NCBI GenBank assembly: GCA_043753995.1
Contig: JAYUVP010000227.1
Coordinates: 1 to 22,233 of the forward strand
Source: Fibrobacterota bacterium
GTDB taxonomy: Bacteria > Fibrobacterota > Fibrobacteria > UBA11236
Direction of reading: 5' to 3'
DNA: 22,233 bases
This document shows positions 1 to 8,155 of this stretch, piece by piece (positions within the stretch are counted from its first letter, which is position 1; each line of letters begins with the position of its first letter). The notes under the pieces are model-generated. The model had not been told where the DNA came from, did not search any database, and was given only the letters and a program-made list of their open reading frames with translations. A program made the translations under genes and the position numbers.

Positions 1-1
1 C

Positions 2-1564
2 GGGGATAAAACGCGCATCAATGTGGTGCCGGCAACGGGATTGCAAGGTCAAGTGAATGGCCAATTGCAGGCGGTGATTCCTTTGGATGGTTTGAAAGCC
101 TTGATGACAGCCAATGGCTTCAATGTGCGGCTCAAAAACGGAGTCTATTTGGTCGAACCACTGGACTCCACCGAAAGGCGATCTGGAAATCCCATGGGTT
201 TTCGCAATCCCGGAGGGTTTTCGCGGGGTGGTGGAGGTGGCGACATCGATGTTCAGGACGGCAAAGTGACGCTTTCGCTTTCGAATGCGTCCTTGGGTGA
301 TGCTATTCGTGAAATCGCAGAAGAAGCGGGACTCAACTATGCCTTAATAGGTGAAGTTTCTGGGAATGTCACCGCGCATTTGCGCGCCGTTCCAATTGAA
401 AAAGCCTTGACCGTGCTTTTGCAAGGCACTCGTTACGCTTTTATCCAGAGCGACAATACCATTCTTATTGGCGACCGCAATATTAATACCCCTTCCGGGG
501 TAGCGCTTTCCATTGCGGAATTGATTTTTTTGAAATTCATCAAGGTGGAGAATATCGAGAAAATCTTCCCCAAGACCATTAGCCAGGAAAATATCAAGGT
601 TATCAAGGAACAGAATGCCATTTTGGTATCCGGTACGGGCGAGGAAATCGCCCAGGTGCGCACCTTCGTTCAGCAAGTCGATTTGCCCACACCGCAAGTG
701 CTCTTAGAAGTTCTCGTGGTGGAATATACGCGTGAAGAAGGGAGCGACCTGGGTTTACAAGCCGGCCAATCGAATGACCGCGGCGCTAATTTTAACGCCT
801 CCGGCAGCATGAGCGGGATGGATGCTTTATGGACTCAAGGGGGTTGGCGCGGCGCCATTGGATTTTTGCCTCCTAAATTTGATTTGAGTTTAAAGGCTTT
901 GGAATCCAGGAAAAAGGCCAAGGTTTTAGCCATGCCCAAGGTGACGACCATGAATGGCAATAAAGCGATACTCAAGGTCAGTAAAACCAATTATTACCAA
1001 ATCAGCTCGCTCAATAAGGACGGCTTTCAGAATAACGACTACCGCGCCATTGACGATGGAATCACCATTGAACTAACGCCTTGGGTAACCAAACACGGTG
1101 AAGTCAATGTTCAAATCAGCCCCAGTATTAAAACGGCAGGAATTCCAAAGGATAATAGTCCCGCGCCTATCACCGATCGGTCGATATCGACCAACGTGAT
1201 TCTCATGGACGGGCAAACCATTTCCTTGGGCGGCCTAATTCAATCGAAAGAGGACAATAATCGAACCTTCATTCCTATTCTCGGAAGCATACCCGTGCTA
1301 GGTTATTTGTTTTCCTATCGCAGCCAAATTAAAACCACCAATGAATTAGTGATTTATGTGACACCCCATATTCTTTCTCCTGAAAGCCAGGGCATAGACA
1401 TCGAAGAAGAGCTTAGAGCTATCGAAAAACGGTCCGGCTTTATCAAAACCAAGGATTTTCTTAAATCCGAGGACAAGCCAGCGAATGCTGAAGGAGTAGA
1501 TTCAATGCCCAAGCCAGAAAAGACCAACTCGGGTGTGGCTGCCCCGAAGCCAGCTCAACCCTGA
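2..1564 (+). CDS. Secretin (GspD/PilQ family, type II secretion or type IV pilus outer-membrane channel), 5'-truncated by the window edge
   Basis: Frame is open from base 2. STN/N0-like segment (VTLSLSNASLGDAIREIAEEAG), N3 domain (NAILVSGT...VQQVDLP) and secretin-domain motifs QVLLEVLVVE, KVLAMPKVTTMNGNKA, GITIELTPWV, DGQTISLGGLI, IPILGSIPVLGYLF, ELVIYVTPHI. Confidence 0.93.
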   Translation, partial: GDKTRINVVPATGLQGQVNGQLQAVIPLDGLKALMTANGFNVRLKNGVYLVEPLDSTERRSGNPMGFRNPGGFSRGGGGGDIDVQDGKVTLSLSNASLGDAIREIAEEAGLNYALIGEVSGNVTAHLRAVPIEKALTVLLQGTRYAFIQSDNTILIGDRNINTPSGVALSIAELIFLKFIKVENIEKIFPKTISQENIKVIKEQNAILVSGTGEEIAQVRTFVQQVDLPTPQVLLEVLVVEYTREEGSDLGLQAGQSNDRGANFNASGSMSGMDALWTQGGWRGAIGFLPPKFDLSLKALESRKKAKVLAMPKVTTMNGNKAILKVSKTNYYQISSLNKDGFQNNDYRAIDDGITIELTPWVTKHGEVNVQISPSIKTAGIPKDNSPAPITDRSISTNVILMDGQTISLGGLIQSKEDNNRTFIPILGSIPVLGYLFSYRSQIKTTNELVIYVTPHILSPESQGIDIEEELRAIEKRSGFIKTKDFLKSEDKPANAEGVDSMPKPEKTNSGVAAPKPAQP

Positions 1565-1599
1565 CCATGTTATCAGGAATGTTTCGTGCCCTCCGGGGC

Positions 1600-2454
1600 A
1601 TGCAACTTGATTTATTTCGCATGCCGGAGGTCCCATCTCCGGTATCCATCCCTCCTCATTCCTCGTCTCCCACCGCCGCCCAGCCTAGCCTTGCAACCGG
1701 GATTTCGAGTGATCTAAACCCGAGCGGTACGGCCCTGGAGCGTGTTTTGGCTAAGTCCACACGCCCGATTCAAATCCACTTTTCCCGGCGCGCCCATCAA
1801 AGCTGGAGCTTGTCCTGGCGTGGGCGAGATGCCGAAATTCATTTGCGCTTACCTGAATCCTTTCGAGAGGCCCCAGAAGACATTGCCGAAACCCTGCTCA
1901 CCTGGATTCGCCTAGTTAGCCAGAGGAAGAAGGGCGACTCGGCTCGGTTGGGGAGGCAAGATTGTGAAATCCGCCTGCGAGCCTTTTTGGAGCAAAAGAA
2001 TCAGCAGGGCTCATTTCTCAGGCTAAGGCAACTTAGGGCAAAGCGTGCCATACAGCGCTTGCGACCCGAAGGTCGACATCATGATTTGCAGCAAGCATTC
2101 GACCGGGTCAATGCCCGATTCTTTTCCAATTCCTTGATTGCTCAAATCACCTGGAGCGCTCGATTGGGCGGCCTAAGCACGCATTGCCAGCGGCCAGCAC
2201 CCGAGGGCGGCACCTATCACCTCATCACCATCAGTCGAGGTTATGACGCTCCCGATGTCACGCCGGAAATATTGGATGGGGTGGTCTATCACGAATGCTT
2301 GCATATCGTGTATCCCCCGGTAATGCGTGAAGGTCGCCGCATTGTACATGGCCGAGAATTTCGGCTGGCGGAAAAAGCCTATCCGCATTTCGAGATTTGG
2401 ATGCGCTGGCATCGCCATGGCCTACCGCGCTCCCTGAAGCGCCAACGCCATTAA
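1600..2454 (+). CDS. SprT-like / M48-like (DUF45-type) zinc metalloprotease with an N-terminal QLDLF motif
   Basis: HECLH (HExxH) at 2290-2304 and downstream HGREF at 2347-2361, plus DLQQAFDRVNARFF...ITWS typical of SprT-like domains. Start uncertain: in-frame ATGs at 1567, 1579 and 1600. Confidence 0.75.
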   Translation: MQLDLFRMPEVPSPVSIPPHSSSPTAAQPSLATGISSDLNPSGTALERVLAKSTRPIQIHFSRRAHQSWSLSWRGRDAEIHLRLPESFREAPEDIAETLLTWIRLVSQRKKGDSARLGRQDCEIRLRAFLEQKNQQGSFLRLRQLRAKRAIQRLRPEGRHHDLQQAFDRVNARFFSNSLIAQITWSARLGGLSTHCQRPAPEGGTYHLITISRGYDAPDVTPEILDGVVYHECLHIVYPPVMREGRRIVHGREFRLAEKAYPHFEIWMRWHRHGLPRSLKRQRH

Positions 2455-2480
2455 GGACTCTTAAGGCCACGAGGAGCCAC

Positions 2481-3245
2481 CTAGGGCTTGTGAATACGCA
2501 AGATGCAGCGATGTATGGGCTTGCCTTGGGCGCGATACTTTCTCTCAAAATTGGTTTCAATGCCTTCCGTTGGGTTGGCATGAGCATTGATCATTTCCAG
2601 CCATGGAGTCGCCGCGAAATGACCACTGGCTTCTTCGTGATATTCCGCGTGATCCGTACCCCAATAAAATAAAGCCCCTGGAAGTGCCGCCTGGCGAACG
2701 ACTTCTAAAAAGGCTGGCTTCAACAGGCGCAACTTATGATGCCTTTTCTTCGGCCATGGGTCCGGGAAATACATATGAAAGGCTTGAGCGCAGGATTCAG
2801 GAAGAAAATCTCGCAGCATATAGAAGGCGTCGCCGAGTACCACCCGGGCAAAGGGCAAATGCGGGCGTCGGGCAATGCGAGCTGCGGAATGATGGGCGAT
2901 AGCGGCCTCATTTTCGAGGGCTAAAAAGGGCAATTCTGGGTGTCGCGTGGTGTACTCCACAAGAAATCCGCCCTTACCACAACCGATTTCCACCTCAATG
3001 GGGCCGGCTTTACCCATGAATGCAGGCAAATCCACAGGGGTAGGCTTGACCTTATCCTGAGGCCAGCGCAAGGGCTCATCCTCCTCACCCTTGGTGAGGT
3101 ATAAGTGCCAATACTTTTCCAGGTCTTGCGAGGCGCTTAATTCACGAATGAATTCGCGCTGTGGGCGAATGCGAGGCGTCCCAGGTAGGGGAGAATTGGG
3201 CATTTCCGCCTCAAAGGCATCCGGTACGGAATCAAGTTCAGACAT
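2481..3245 (-). CDS. trmB: tRNA (guanine-N7)-methyltransferase
   Basis: SAM-binding EVEIGCGKG, the TrmB signature FPDPWPKKRHHKLRL, GTDHAEY and TNFERKY. Confidence 0.93.
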   Translation of the reverse strand: MSELDSVPDAFEAEMPNSPLPGTPRIRPQREFIRELSASQDLEKYWHLYLTKGEEDEPLRWPQDKVKPTPVDLPAFMGKAGPIEVEIGCGKGGFLVEYTTRHPELPFLALENEAAIAHHSAARIARRPHLPFARVVLGDAFYMLRDFLPESCAQAFHMYFPDPWPKKRHHKLRLLKPAFLEVVRQAALPGALFYWGTDHAEYHEEASGHFAATPWLEMINAHANPTEGIETNFERKYRAQGKPIHRCILRIHKP

Positions 3246-3270
3246 AAGGGGGCGGAAATCTGCAAATTTT

Positions 3271-3276
3271 TATCTT
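3271..3276 (+). promoter_or_regulatory. Putative -10 element (TATCTT) 6 nt upstream of the gatB ATG (leaderless-type)
   Basis: TTTT-TATCTT-CCGTCT-ATG in the 37-bp divergent trmB/gatB gap. No Shine-Dalgarno and no good -35. Confidence 0.4.
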
Positions 3277-3282
3277 CCGTCT

Positions 3283-4734
3283 ATGTCCTATAGCATAGTC
3301 ATCGGTCTTGAAGTTCATGCCCAGCTCGCCACCAACACCAAGATGTTCTGTTCTTGCAAGTTGGAATTCGGTTCCGAGCCCAATACCCTAGTCTGCCCGG
3401 TCTGTCTCGGCATGCCCGGAACCTTGCCCTCGCCCAATGTCACCGCAGTAGAATATGCGGTCAAAATGGGGCTAGCCTGCGATTGCCGTGTCGACGAGCA
3501 AGCGATGTGGACGCGCAAAAATTATTTCTACCCCGATTTGCCCAAGGGTTATCAAATCACCCAGCAAGGCGAAAACAAGCTTTATGACCGCCCCATTTGC
3601 ACCAAGGGTCATATCGACATTCAGCTAGACGATGGCAGTCGCAAGCGCATCGGTCTCACCCGAATTCACATGGAAGAGGATGCCGGCAAGCTGATTCACG
3701 ACTTAACCGTTCAGGATTCGCTTTTCGATGCCAATCGCTGCGGCACGCCGCTGATTGAAATCGTTTCCGATCCCGATTTACGCACCCCGCGTGAAGCCTA
3801 CCTCTATTTGGAAAAACTGAAGCAAATCTTGGAATACCTGGAAATTTGCGATGCCAATATGGAGCGCGGTAACTTACGCGTCGACGCCAATGTCTCCTTG
3901 CGCCGCGATGAAAATGCTCCCTTCGGAAATCGTGTCGAGCTGAAAAACATGAACAGCTTTCACAATATCGAGAAGGCTTTAGAGGCTGAAATCGAATTGC
4001 AGACCCGCATTCTGGACGAGGGCGGCAAGATATTGCAGCAGACCAAGCGCTGGGACGTGGCCCGTGGCGTCACGGTGGCCTTGCGCACCAAGGAAGACGC
4101 TCAGGACTATCGATATTTTCCCGAACCAGACCTAGTCCGTTTGGATGTGAATGAGACCATGCTCAAGCGCATTCGTGAAACTTTGCCCGAATTGCCTGAG
4201 GCGCGCCGGACTCGTTATGTGCAGGAATTCAGTATTCCCGCCTATGACGCCGATGTTCTCACCCGGGACAAGCCTGTTTCGGAATATTTCGAGGCGGTTT
4301 GCCAAGTTGCGACCGACCGCAAGGCCGCCAGCAACTGGGTGATGGGGGAGGTTTTGCGCCTGATGAAGGATCAAGCCATACCCGTTTCCGAAGTGAAAAT
4401 CCAGCCCAAACAATTGGGCGAAATGATCAACATGATTCAAAGTGGCACCATCACCGGAAAAATCGCCAAAACGGTATTTGAAGACATGATGGTTTCGGGC
4501 AAAGACCCGGCCACCATAGTGAAAGAGAAAGGCCTCATCGTCATCAATGACAGCGCGGCTATTGAAGCCTTGATTCGTCAAGTCATGGAAAAAAGCCCGA
4601 ACGAAGTACAAGAGTTTCGTGGCGGCAAGGTCAAGCTCATGGGCTTTTTCGTAGGCCAGGTGATGAAGCTTTCTGGCGGCAAAGCCAGCCCAGATCAAGT
4701 GAATGGCTTGCTCCGGAAAATGCTTGAAGCCTAA
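3283..4734 (+). CDS. gatB: Asp-tRNA(Asn)/Glu-tRNA(Gln) amidotransferase subunit B
   Basis: VIGLEVHAQL, CPVCLGMPGTLP, RKNYFYPDLPKGYQITQ, RIHMEEDAGK, NRCGTPLIEIVS, DYRYFPEPDL and a C-terminal YqeY domain (GFFVGQVMK). Start moved to ATG 3283 because the ORF-track start at 3091 overlaps trmB. Confidence 0.97.
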   Translation: MSYSIVIGLEVHAQLATNTKMFCSCKLEFGSEPNTLVCPVCLGMPGTLPSPNVTAVEYAVKMGLACDCRVDEQAMWTRKNYFYPDLPKGYQITQQGENKLYDRPICTKGHIDIQLDDGSRKRIGLTRIHMEEDAGKLIHDLTVQDSLFDANRCGTPLIEIVSDPDLRTPREAYLYLEKLKQILEYLEICDANMERGNLRVDANVSLRRDENAPFGNRVELKNMNSFHNIEKALEAEIELQTRILDEGGKILQQTKRWDVARGVTVALRTKEDAQDYRYFPEPDLVRLDVNETMLKRIRETLPELPEARRTRYVQEFSIPAYDADVLTRDKPVSEYFEAVCQVATDRKAASNWVMGEVLRLMKDQAIPVSEVKIQPKQLGEMINMIQSGTITGKIAKTVFEDMMVSGKDPATIVKEKGLIVINDSAAIEALIRQVMEKSPNEVQEFRGGKVKLMGFFVGQVMKLSGGKASPDQVNGLLRKMLEA

Positions 4735-4736
4735 GC

Positions 4737-5042
4737 ATGCGGCTGCGGGCTTCTCTTCGTTTCGCCTGCTTTTGCGGCTTTTTGGCCTTAGCAGGCGCGT
4801 GGATACCCACCGTCAAAGCTGACCCGAGCAAGGGTGATTCGACCCAGGTAGCGCTTGCGTTACCTGATGTCGACAGCGCCTCAGTTGCCAAGGACTCGAC
4901 CAGGCTTAACCCAAGTCGGGCCGATAGCGTGGTTTTGATTCGGCACCGCTTCAATCACAAGGAACAAATCATCACGGGTGGCGTAATCATGGCTTGCCTG
5001 GCAGTCATGATGGCGGTGATGAACAATTACAATCCTCGATAA
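4737..5042 (+). CDS. Small hypothetical membrane protein (N-terminal signal/hydrophobic segment, C-terminal TM helix)
   Basis: Starts 2 bp after the gatB stop. Basic then hydrophobic N-terminus ending PTVKA|D, and a hydrophobic C-terminal IITGGVIMACLAVMMAVM. Confidence 0.7.
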   Translation: MRLRASLRFACFCGFLALAGAWIPTVKADPSKGDSTQVALALPDVDSASVAKDSTRLNPSRADSVVLIRHRFNHKEQIITGGVIMACLAVMMAVMNNYNPR

Positions 5043-5160
5043 GGGTCTGAATTCATCCCTTGGGACTGGGCAAATGGCCTTATTCCAGCTATATTCCAAA
5101 GGTCACGAAGCCGTTGTGGGTCGATTTAGACGCCCCCCTTCTCCAAAAAATCCCAATTCG

Positions 5161-5190
5161 TTGCCTTGTCTGGGCCAATTGGGGTAAAAT
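5161..5190 (+). promoter_or_regulatory. Putative sigma70 promoter for rho
   Basis: TTGCCT (5161-5166), 18-bp spacer, TAAAAT (5185-5190) in the ~300-bp gap upstream of rho. Confidence 0.5.
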
Positions 5191-5343
5191 GGGGATTGAG
5201 GCTTACCCCAGCTTTTCGCCTCCCAAGACGACACCTCAGGCCTGGTTTCCAGTGCGCAAAGAGGCAGCCGAAGTTTAGAGGCGTCTCGCCACGATTGGTG
5301 GATTTCATTCCCAAAGCCGGATTCATCCGAATACAACCGGGAA

Positions 5344-6849
5344 ATGCCTATGCCAAAGGACTCCCACGCGGAAGACAAAATGGTTGACGAAAACGAAAAT
5401 GCGCCGAATTATGAAGACGAGCATGATTTCAGGCCAGCTCCGGTAGCTGAAGATGATTTTGACGACGATGAATTCGACGATGATGACGACGAATTCGAAG
5501 ACGGTGACAGCGAGACGTCGGCCCCCGAGGGCAATGTCAAGGAAATAGTCAAGGTTTTAGATTCGGATAAGGCGCTGAAAAATCTTCAGCAAATCACGCA
5601 TGAGAGTAATGACAGTTCCAAGCGGCGCCGTCGCCGCGTAAAAATCGATAAGATCAGGACGCGCGGCGTTAAACGCAAGCGCCGACGTAGTGAGGATGGG
5701 CATGTGCCGCTGGACTATTCTACCGATTTCGACAATCGATCCGAGATCGAGGAGTTCACCGGCTATATCCAAGTGATGGAAAATGGCTATGCCTTCATGC
5801 GATCGGAACGCATGAATTTCATCAATCAAGAGCTCGATATTTTCATAACCCGCGAAATGGTGCAGCGATTCGCCTTGCGATCGGGTCATAAACTCAATGC
5901 CATTGTGCGCCTCAAGCGCAATAAGCGTCAGCGCATGGTCACCCATTTATTGGGCATCAATGATGAGCCCATCGAGACCTATCGCCCCTCGACGGTTTTT
6001 ACCAGTCTCACCAGCATCAATCCCTGTGAGAATTACCACTTGAGCGCGCCGGGCGATCCAGATAAGTCCTTGATTCTTCTGGAATTACTGACTCCCATCG
6101 GCAAGGGACAACGCGGCCTTATCGTGGCGCCACCGCGCACGGGAAAAACCGTGCTCATTGAAAAAATCGCCAATGGTATCGCCAATAATCACCCCGAAGC
6201 TGAAGTGATGCTTTTGCTCATTGATGAGCGACCTGAGGAAGTGACCCATTTGACCCGCAAGGTCAAGGGCAAGGTCTATGCTTCCTGTCTCGATAAACCC
6301 ATCGAGGAACACATTGCCCTGGCGCAAATGGTGATAGACATTGCAATGCGAAAGGTGGAGCGCGGCAAAGATGTGATCATTCTACTCGACTCCATTACGC
6401 GCATGGCCCGAGCTTATAACAATCAGCTCAAAAGCTCAGGCCGCACCCTGTCCGGCGGTGTGGACGCCAAAGCCTTGCAAGAACCGAAAAAATTCTTCGG
6501 AGCAGCGCGTAAAATCGAAGAAGGTGGCAGCCTAACCATTATCGCCACGGCGTTGGTGCAAACCGGCAGCCAAATGGATGAGGTGATTTTTCAGGAATTC
6601 AAAGGCACCGGCAATATGGAATTGGTCCTGAATCGCAAATTGTCCGAGAAACGCATTTATCCGGCCATCGACATTGGCATGTCGGGCACCCGCCGTGAAG
6701 AGTTGATTTTGCCTCCCGAATTTTTCAAAGCGGCCAATAAATTCCGCCGCTATTTGTCGAATATGACTGAGGCCAATCAAATGCCAGCCGCCTTGCAGGC
6801 TTTGGAGAAATTCAAGTCCACCAAGGAATTCGCGGAGTCATTCGCATAA
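5344..6849 (+). CDS. rho: Transcription termination factor Rho with atypical acidic/basic N-terminal extension
   Basis: [19 protein letters not shown] (Walker A), [17 protein letters not shown] (Walker B), [10 protein letters not shown] (Q-loop), [10 protein letters not shown] (R-loop), RIYPAID...SGTRREEL. Alternative starts at 5350 and 5380. Confidence 0.95.
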   Translation: MPMPKDSHAEDKMVDENENAPNYEDEHDFRPAPVAEDDFDDDEFDDDDDEFEDGDSETSAPEGNVKEIVKVLDSDKALKNLQQITHESNDSSKRRRRRVKIDKIRTRGVKRKRRRSEDGHVPLDYSTDFDNRSEIEEFTGYIQVMENGYAFMRSERMNFINQELDIFITREMVQRFALRSGHKLNAIVRLKRNKRQRMVTHLLGINDEPIETYRPSTVFTSLTSINPCENYHLSAPGDPDKSLILLELLTPIGKGQRGLIVAPPRTGKTVLIEKIANGIANNHPEAEVMLLLIDERPEEVTHLTRKVKGKVYASCLDKPIEEHIALAQMVIDIAMRKVERGKDVIILLDSITRMARAYNNQLKSSGRTLSGGVDAKALQEPKKFFGAARKIEEGGSLTIIATALVQTGSQMDEVIFQEFKGTGNMELVLNRKLSEKRIYPAIDIGMSGTRREELILPPEFFKAANKFRRYLSNMTEANQMPAALQALEKFKSTKEFAESFA

Positions 6850-6856
6850 GCCACCG

Positions 6857-6883
6857 GCCTGGAATCCATCGGGATTACCAGGC
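6857..6883 (+). other. Stem-loop immediately after the rho stop (possible terminator, processing or stabilising hairpin)
   Basis: GCCTGG-AATCC-[ATCG]-GGATT-(A)-CCAGGC forms an 11-bp stem with a 1-nt bulge. No U-tract follows. Confidence 0.5.
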
Positions 6884-6900
6884 AAGATCAGGATATCACC

Positions 6901-7317
6901 ATGCTTGTCCAAGTCCGTGCTACTCCCGACATGAAGTTTTCAGCCACGGCGCCCAATGGTGCGGTGGCACCTATTGGTGCAGGTGAAAAAGTGGGCGGAG
7001 ACGGCACCGGTTTTCGTCCGATGGAATTGCTTTTGGCTTCGATGGCAAGTTGTGCCGTTATCGATACCGTGCTCATATTGAAGAAAATGCAAGTCGCTTT
7101 CCATCATATTGATATTGAGATTCAAGGGGAAAGAGTGGATGCCACCCCGGCCCCCTTTAGCAATATCGAATTGCGATTTCTGGTTCGCGGTGCTGACCCA
7201 GCAAATCTCGCAAAGGCCGAAAAAGCAGTATCCTTGAGTGTGGAAAAGTATTGCTCGGTCGCAGCTTCCTTAGATCCCGAAATTGCCGTAAAGCACAAAA
7301 CGGAAATCACAGCTTAA
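6901..7317 (+). CDS. OsmC/Ohr family protein (YhfA-like)
   Basis: GFRPMELLLASMASC and AVSLSVEKYCSVAASL, with both conserved Cys. AGGA Shine-Dalgarno 7 nt upstream. Confidence 0.9.
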   Translation: MLVQVRATPDMKFSATAPNGAVAPIGAGEKVGGDGTGFRPMELLLASMASCAVIDTVLILKKMQVAFHHIDIEIQGERVDATPAPFSNIELRFLVRGADPANLAKAEKAVSLSVEKYCSVAASLDPEIAVKHKTEITA

Positions 7318-7351
7318 ATATTTGCTCCGGCAATTCTCAAAGGCGCAAACC

Positions 7352-8083
7352 TCACCAGAGGTATTCGGCAATCAATTTTTCTTCTTTCCCATTTTCCAAC
7401 TTGACCCATAAATGGCCAGCATCATCGAGATGCATAGGCCAAGCCATAGCACCTTCCAACCTATCACGTAGTCGTATTGGATGATTCCAGCGGGAATGGC
7501 GACTCCACTCGGCAATGAGGTCCTTTTTGACTTGATCGCTCCAGGGTAATGCCAGTCGCTTTTGAAAATTTATGGCAAAGGCTTCGGCCAATTCCAAACG
7601 GCGCGAATCGTTCCAACCCAAAATGGTGAGACCGGCTGATTTCCGTCCACCATCATCAAGTTGGGGCGGGGCTTCGAGATTAATACCGGCACCCAATAGC
7701 AAATGCGATCCGGTGACTTCAAGCAATAAACCTGCAACCTTGTTTTCTTCCCAGAGCAAATCATTGGGCCATTTGATCCAAAGCGCATCGGAGAGTGGCT
7801 TGGTTTTGTTGCCTTGGAGAGCCTGATACAATGCCAGACTTGCTTCCAAGGCCATGGTTTGCAAACGTAAAGCAGGGCATAGGCTGAGGCGAATTGCAAA
7901 GGTGAGGTAGAGATTACCTGCGGGGCTCACCCAGCTTCGGCCTTGTGAACCTCGGCCACGAGTTTGGCGCTTGGCGGTTATCAGGCCAAGATCGGCGTCT
8001 TTCAGTTTTTCCCGGGCCATGTCCATGGTAGATGTCACGGTGTCCAGGTGAATTTGAATCCAATTTTCCAAGGCTGCCGACAT
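7352..8083 (-). CDS. birA: Biotin--[acetyl-CoA-carboxylase] ligase, group I (no N-terminal HTH)
   Basis: HLDTVTSTMD, QTRGRGSQGRSWVSP, IKWPNDL, KVAGLLLE, GAGINL and a C-terminal LDDAGHLWV. Start set at ATG 8083; the ORF-track start at 8140 overlaps the divergent promoter. Confidence 0.92.
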   Translation of the reverse strand: MSAALENWIQIHLDTVTSTMDMAREKLKDADLGLITAKRQTRGRGSQGRSWVSPAGNLYLTFAIRLSLCPALRLQTMALEASLALYQALQGNKTKPLSDALWIKWPNDLLWEENKVAGLLLEVTGSHLLLGAGINLEAPPQLDDGGRKSAGLTILGWNDSRRLELAEAFAINFQKRLALPWSDQVKKDLIAEWSRHSRWNHPIRLRDRLEGAMAWPMHLDDAGHLWVKLENGKEEKLIAEYLW

Positions 8084-8119
8084 ATTTGACCAGAACGTAA
8101 CAAGCTTGATACAGGTTAC

Positions 8120-8149
8120 TTGAGAGATTCGCCGGGCCACGGCTATAAT
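8120..8149 (+). promoter_or_regulatory. Putative sigma70 promoter for the OmpA-family gene (leaderless-type)
   Basis: TTGAGA (8120-8125), 18 bp, TATAAT (8144-8149), 6 nt, ATG at 8156. Confidence 0.6.
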
Positions 8150-8155
8150 ACAGCG

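Noticed and set aside
3091..3282. 64-aa N-terminal extension of GatB in the ORF track
   Set aside because: It overlaps trmB on the opposite strand, and GatB homology starts at MSYSIVIGLEVH (3283).
4132..4698. 188-aa antisense ORF (and similar ones at 344-697, 5557-5946, 19557-20096)
   Set aside because: Shadow ORFs opposite well-conserved genes, with no motifs; expected from codon bias.
3283..4734. gatB without adjacent gatA/gatC
   Set aside because: Dispersed gat genes are common, and absence from one window is uninformative.
5043..5343. Possible riboswitch or ncRNA (GCAAA and GCGCAAAG elements recall c-di-GMP-I)
   Set aside because: I could not build the GEMM P1/P2/P3 pairing or a GNRA loop-receptor, and no tRNA or other RNA family was recognisable.
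5449..5514. GAC/GAT trinucleotide-like repeats as a VNTR or CRISPR
   Set aside because: They simply encode the poly-Asp/Glu tract of Rho, with no repeat-spacer structure.
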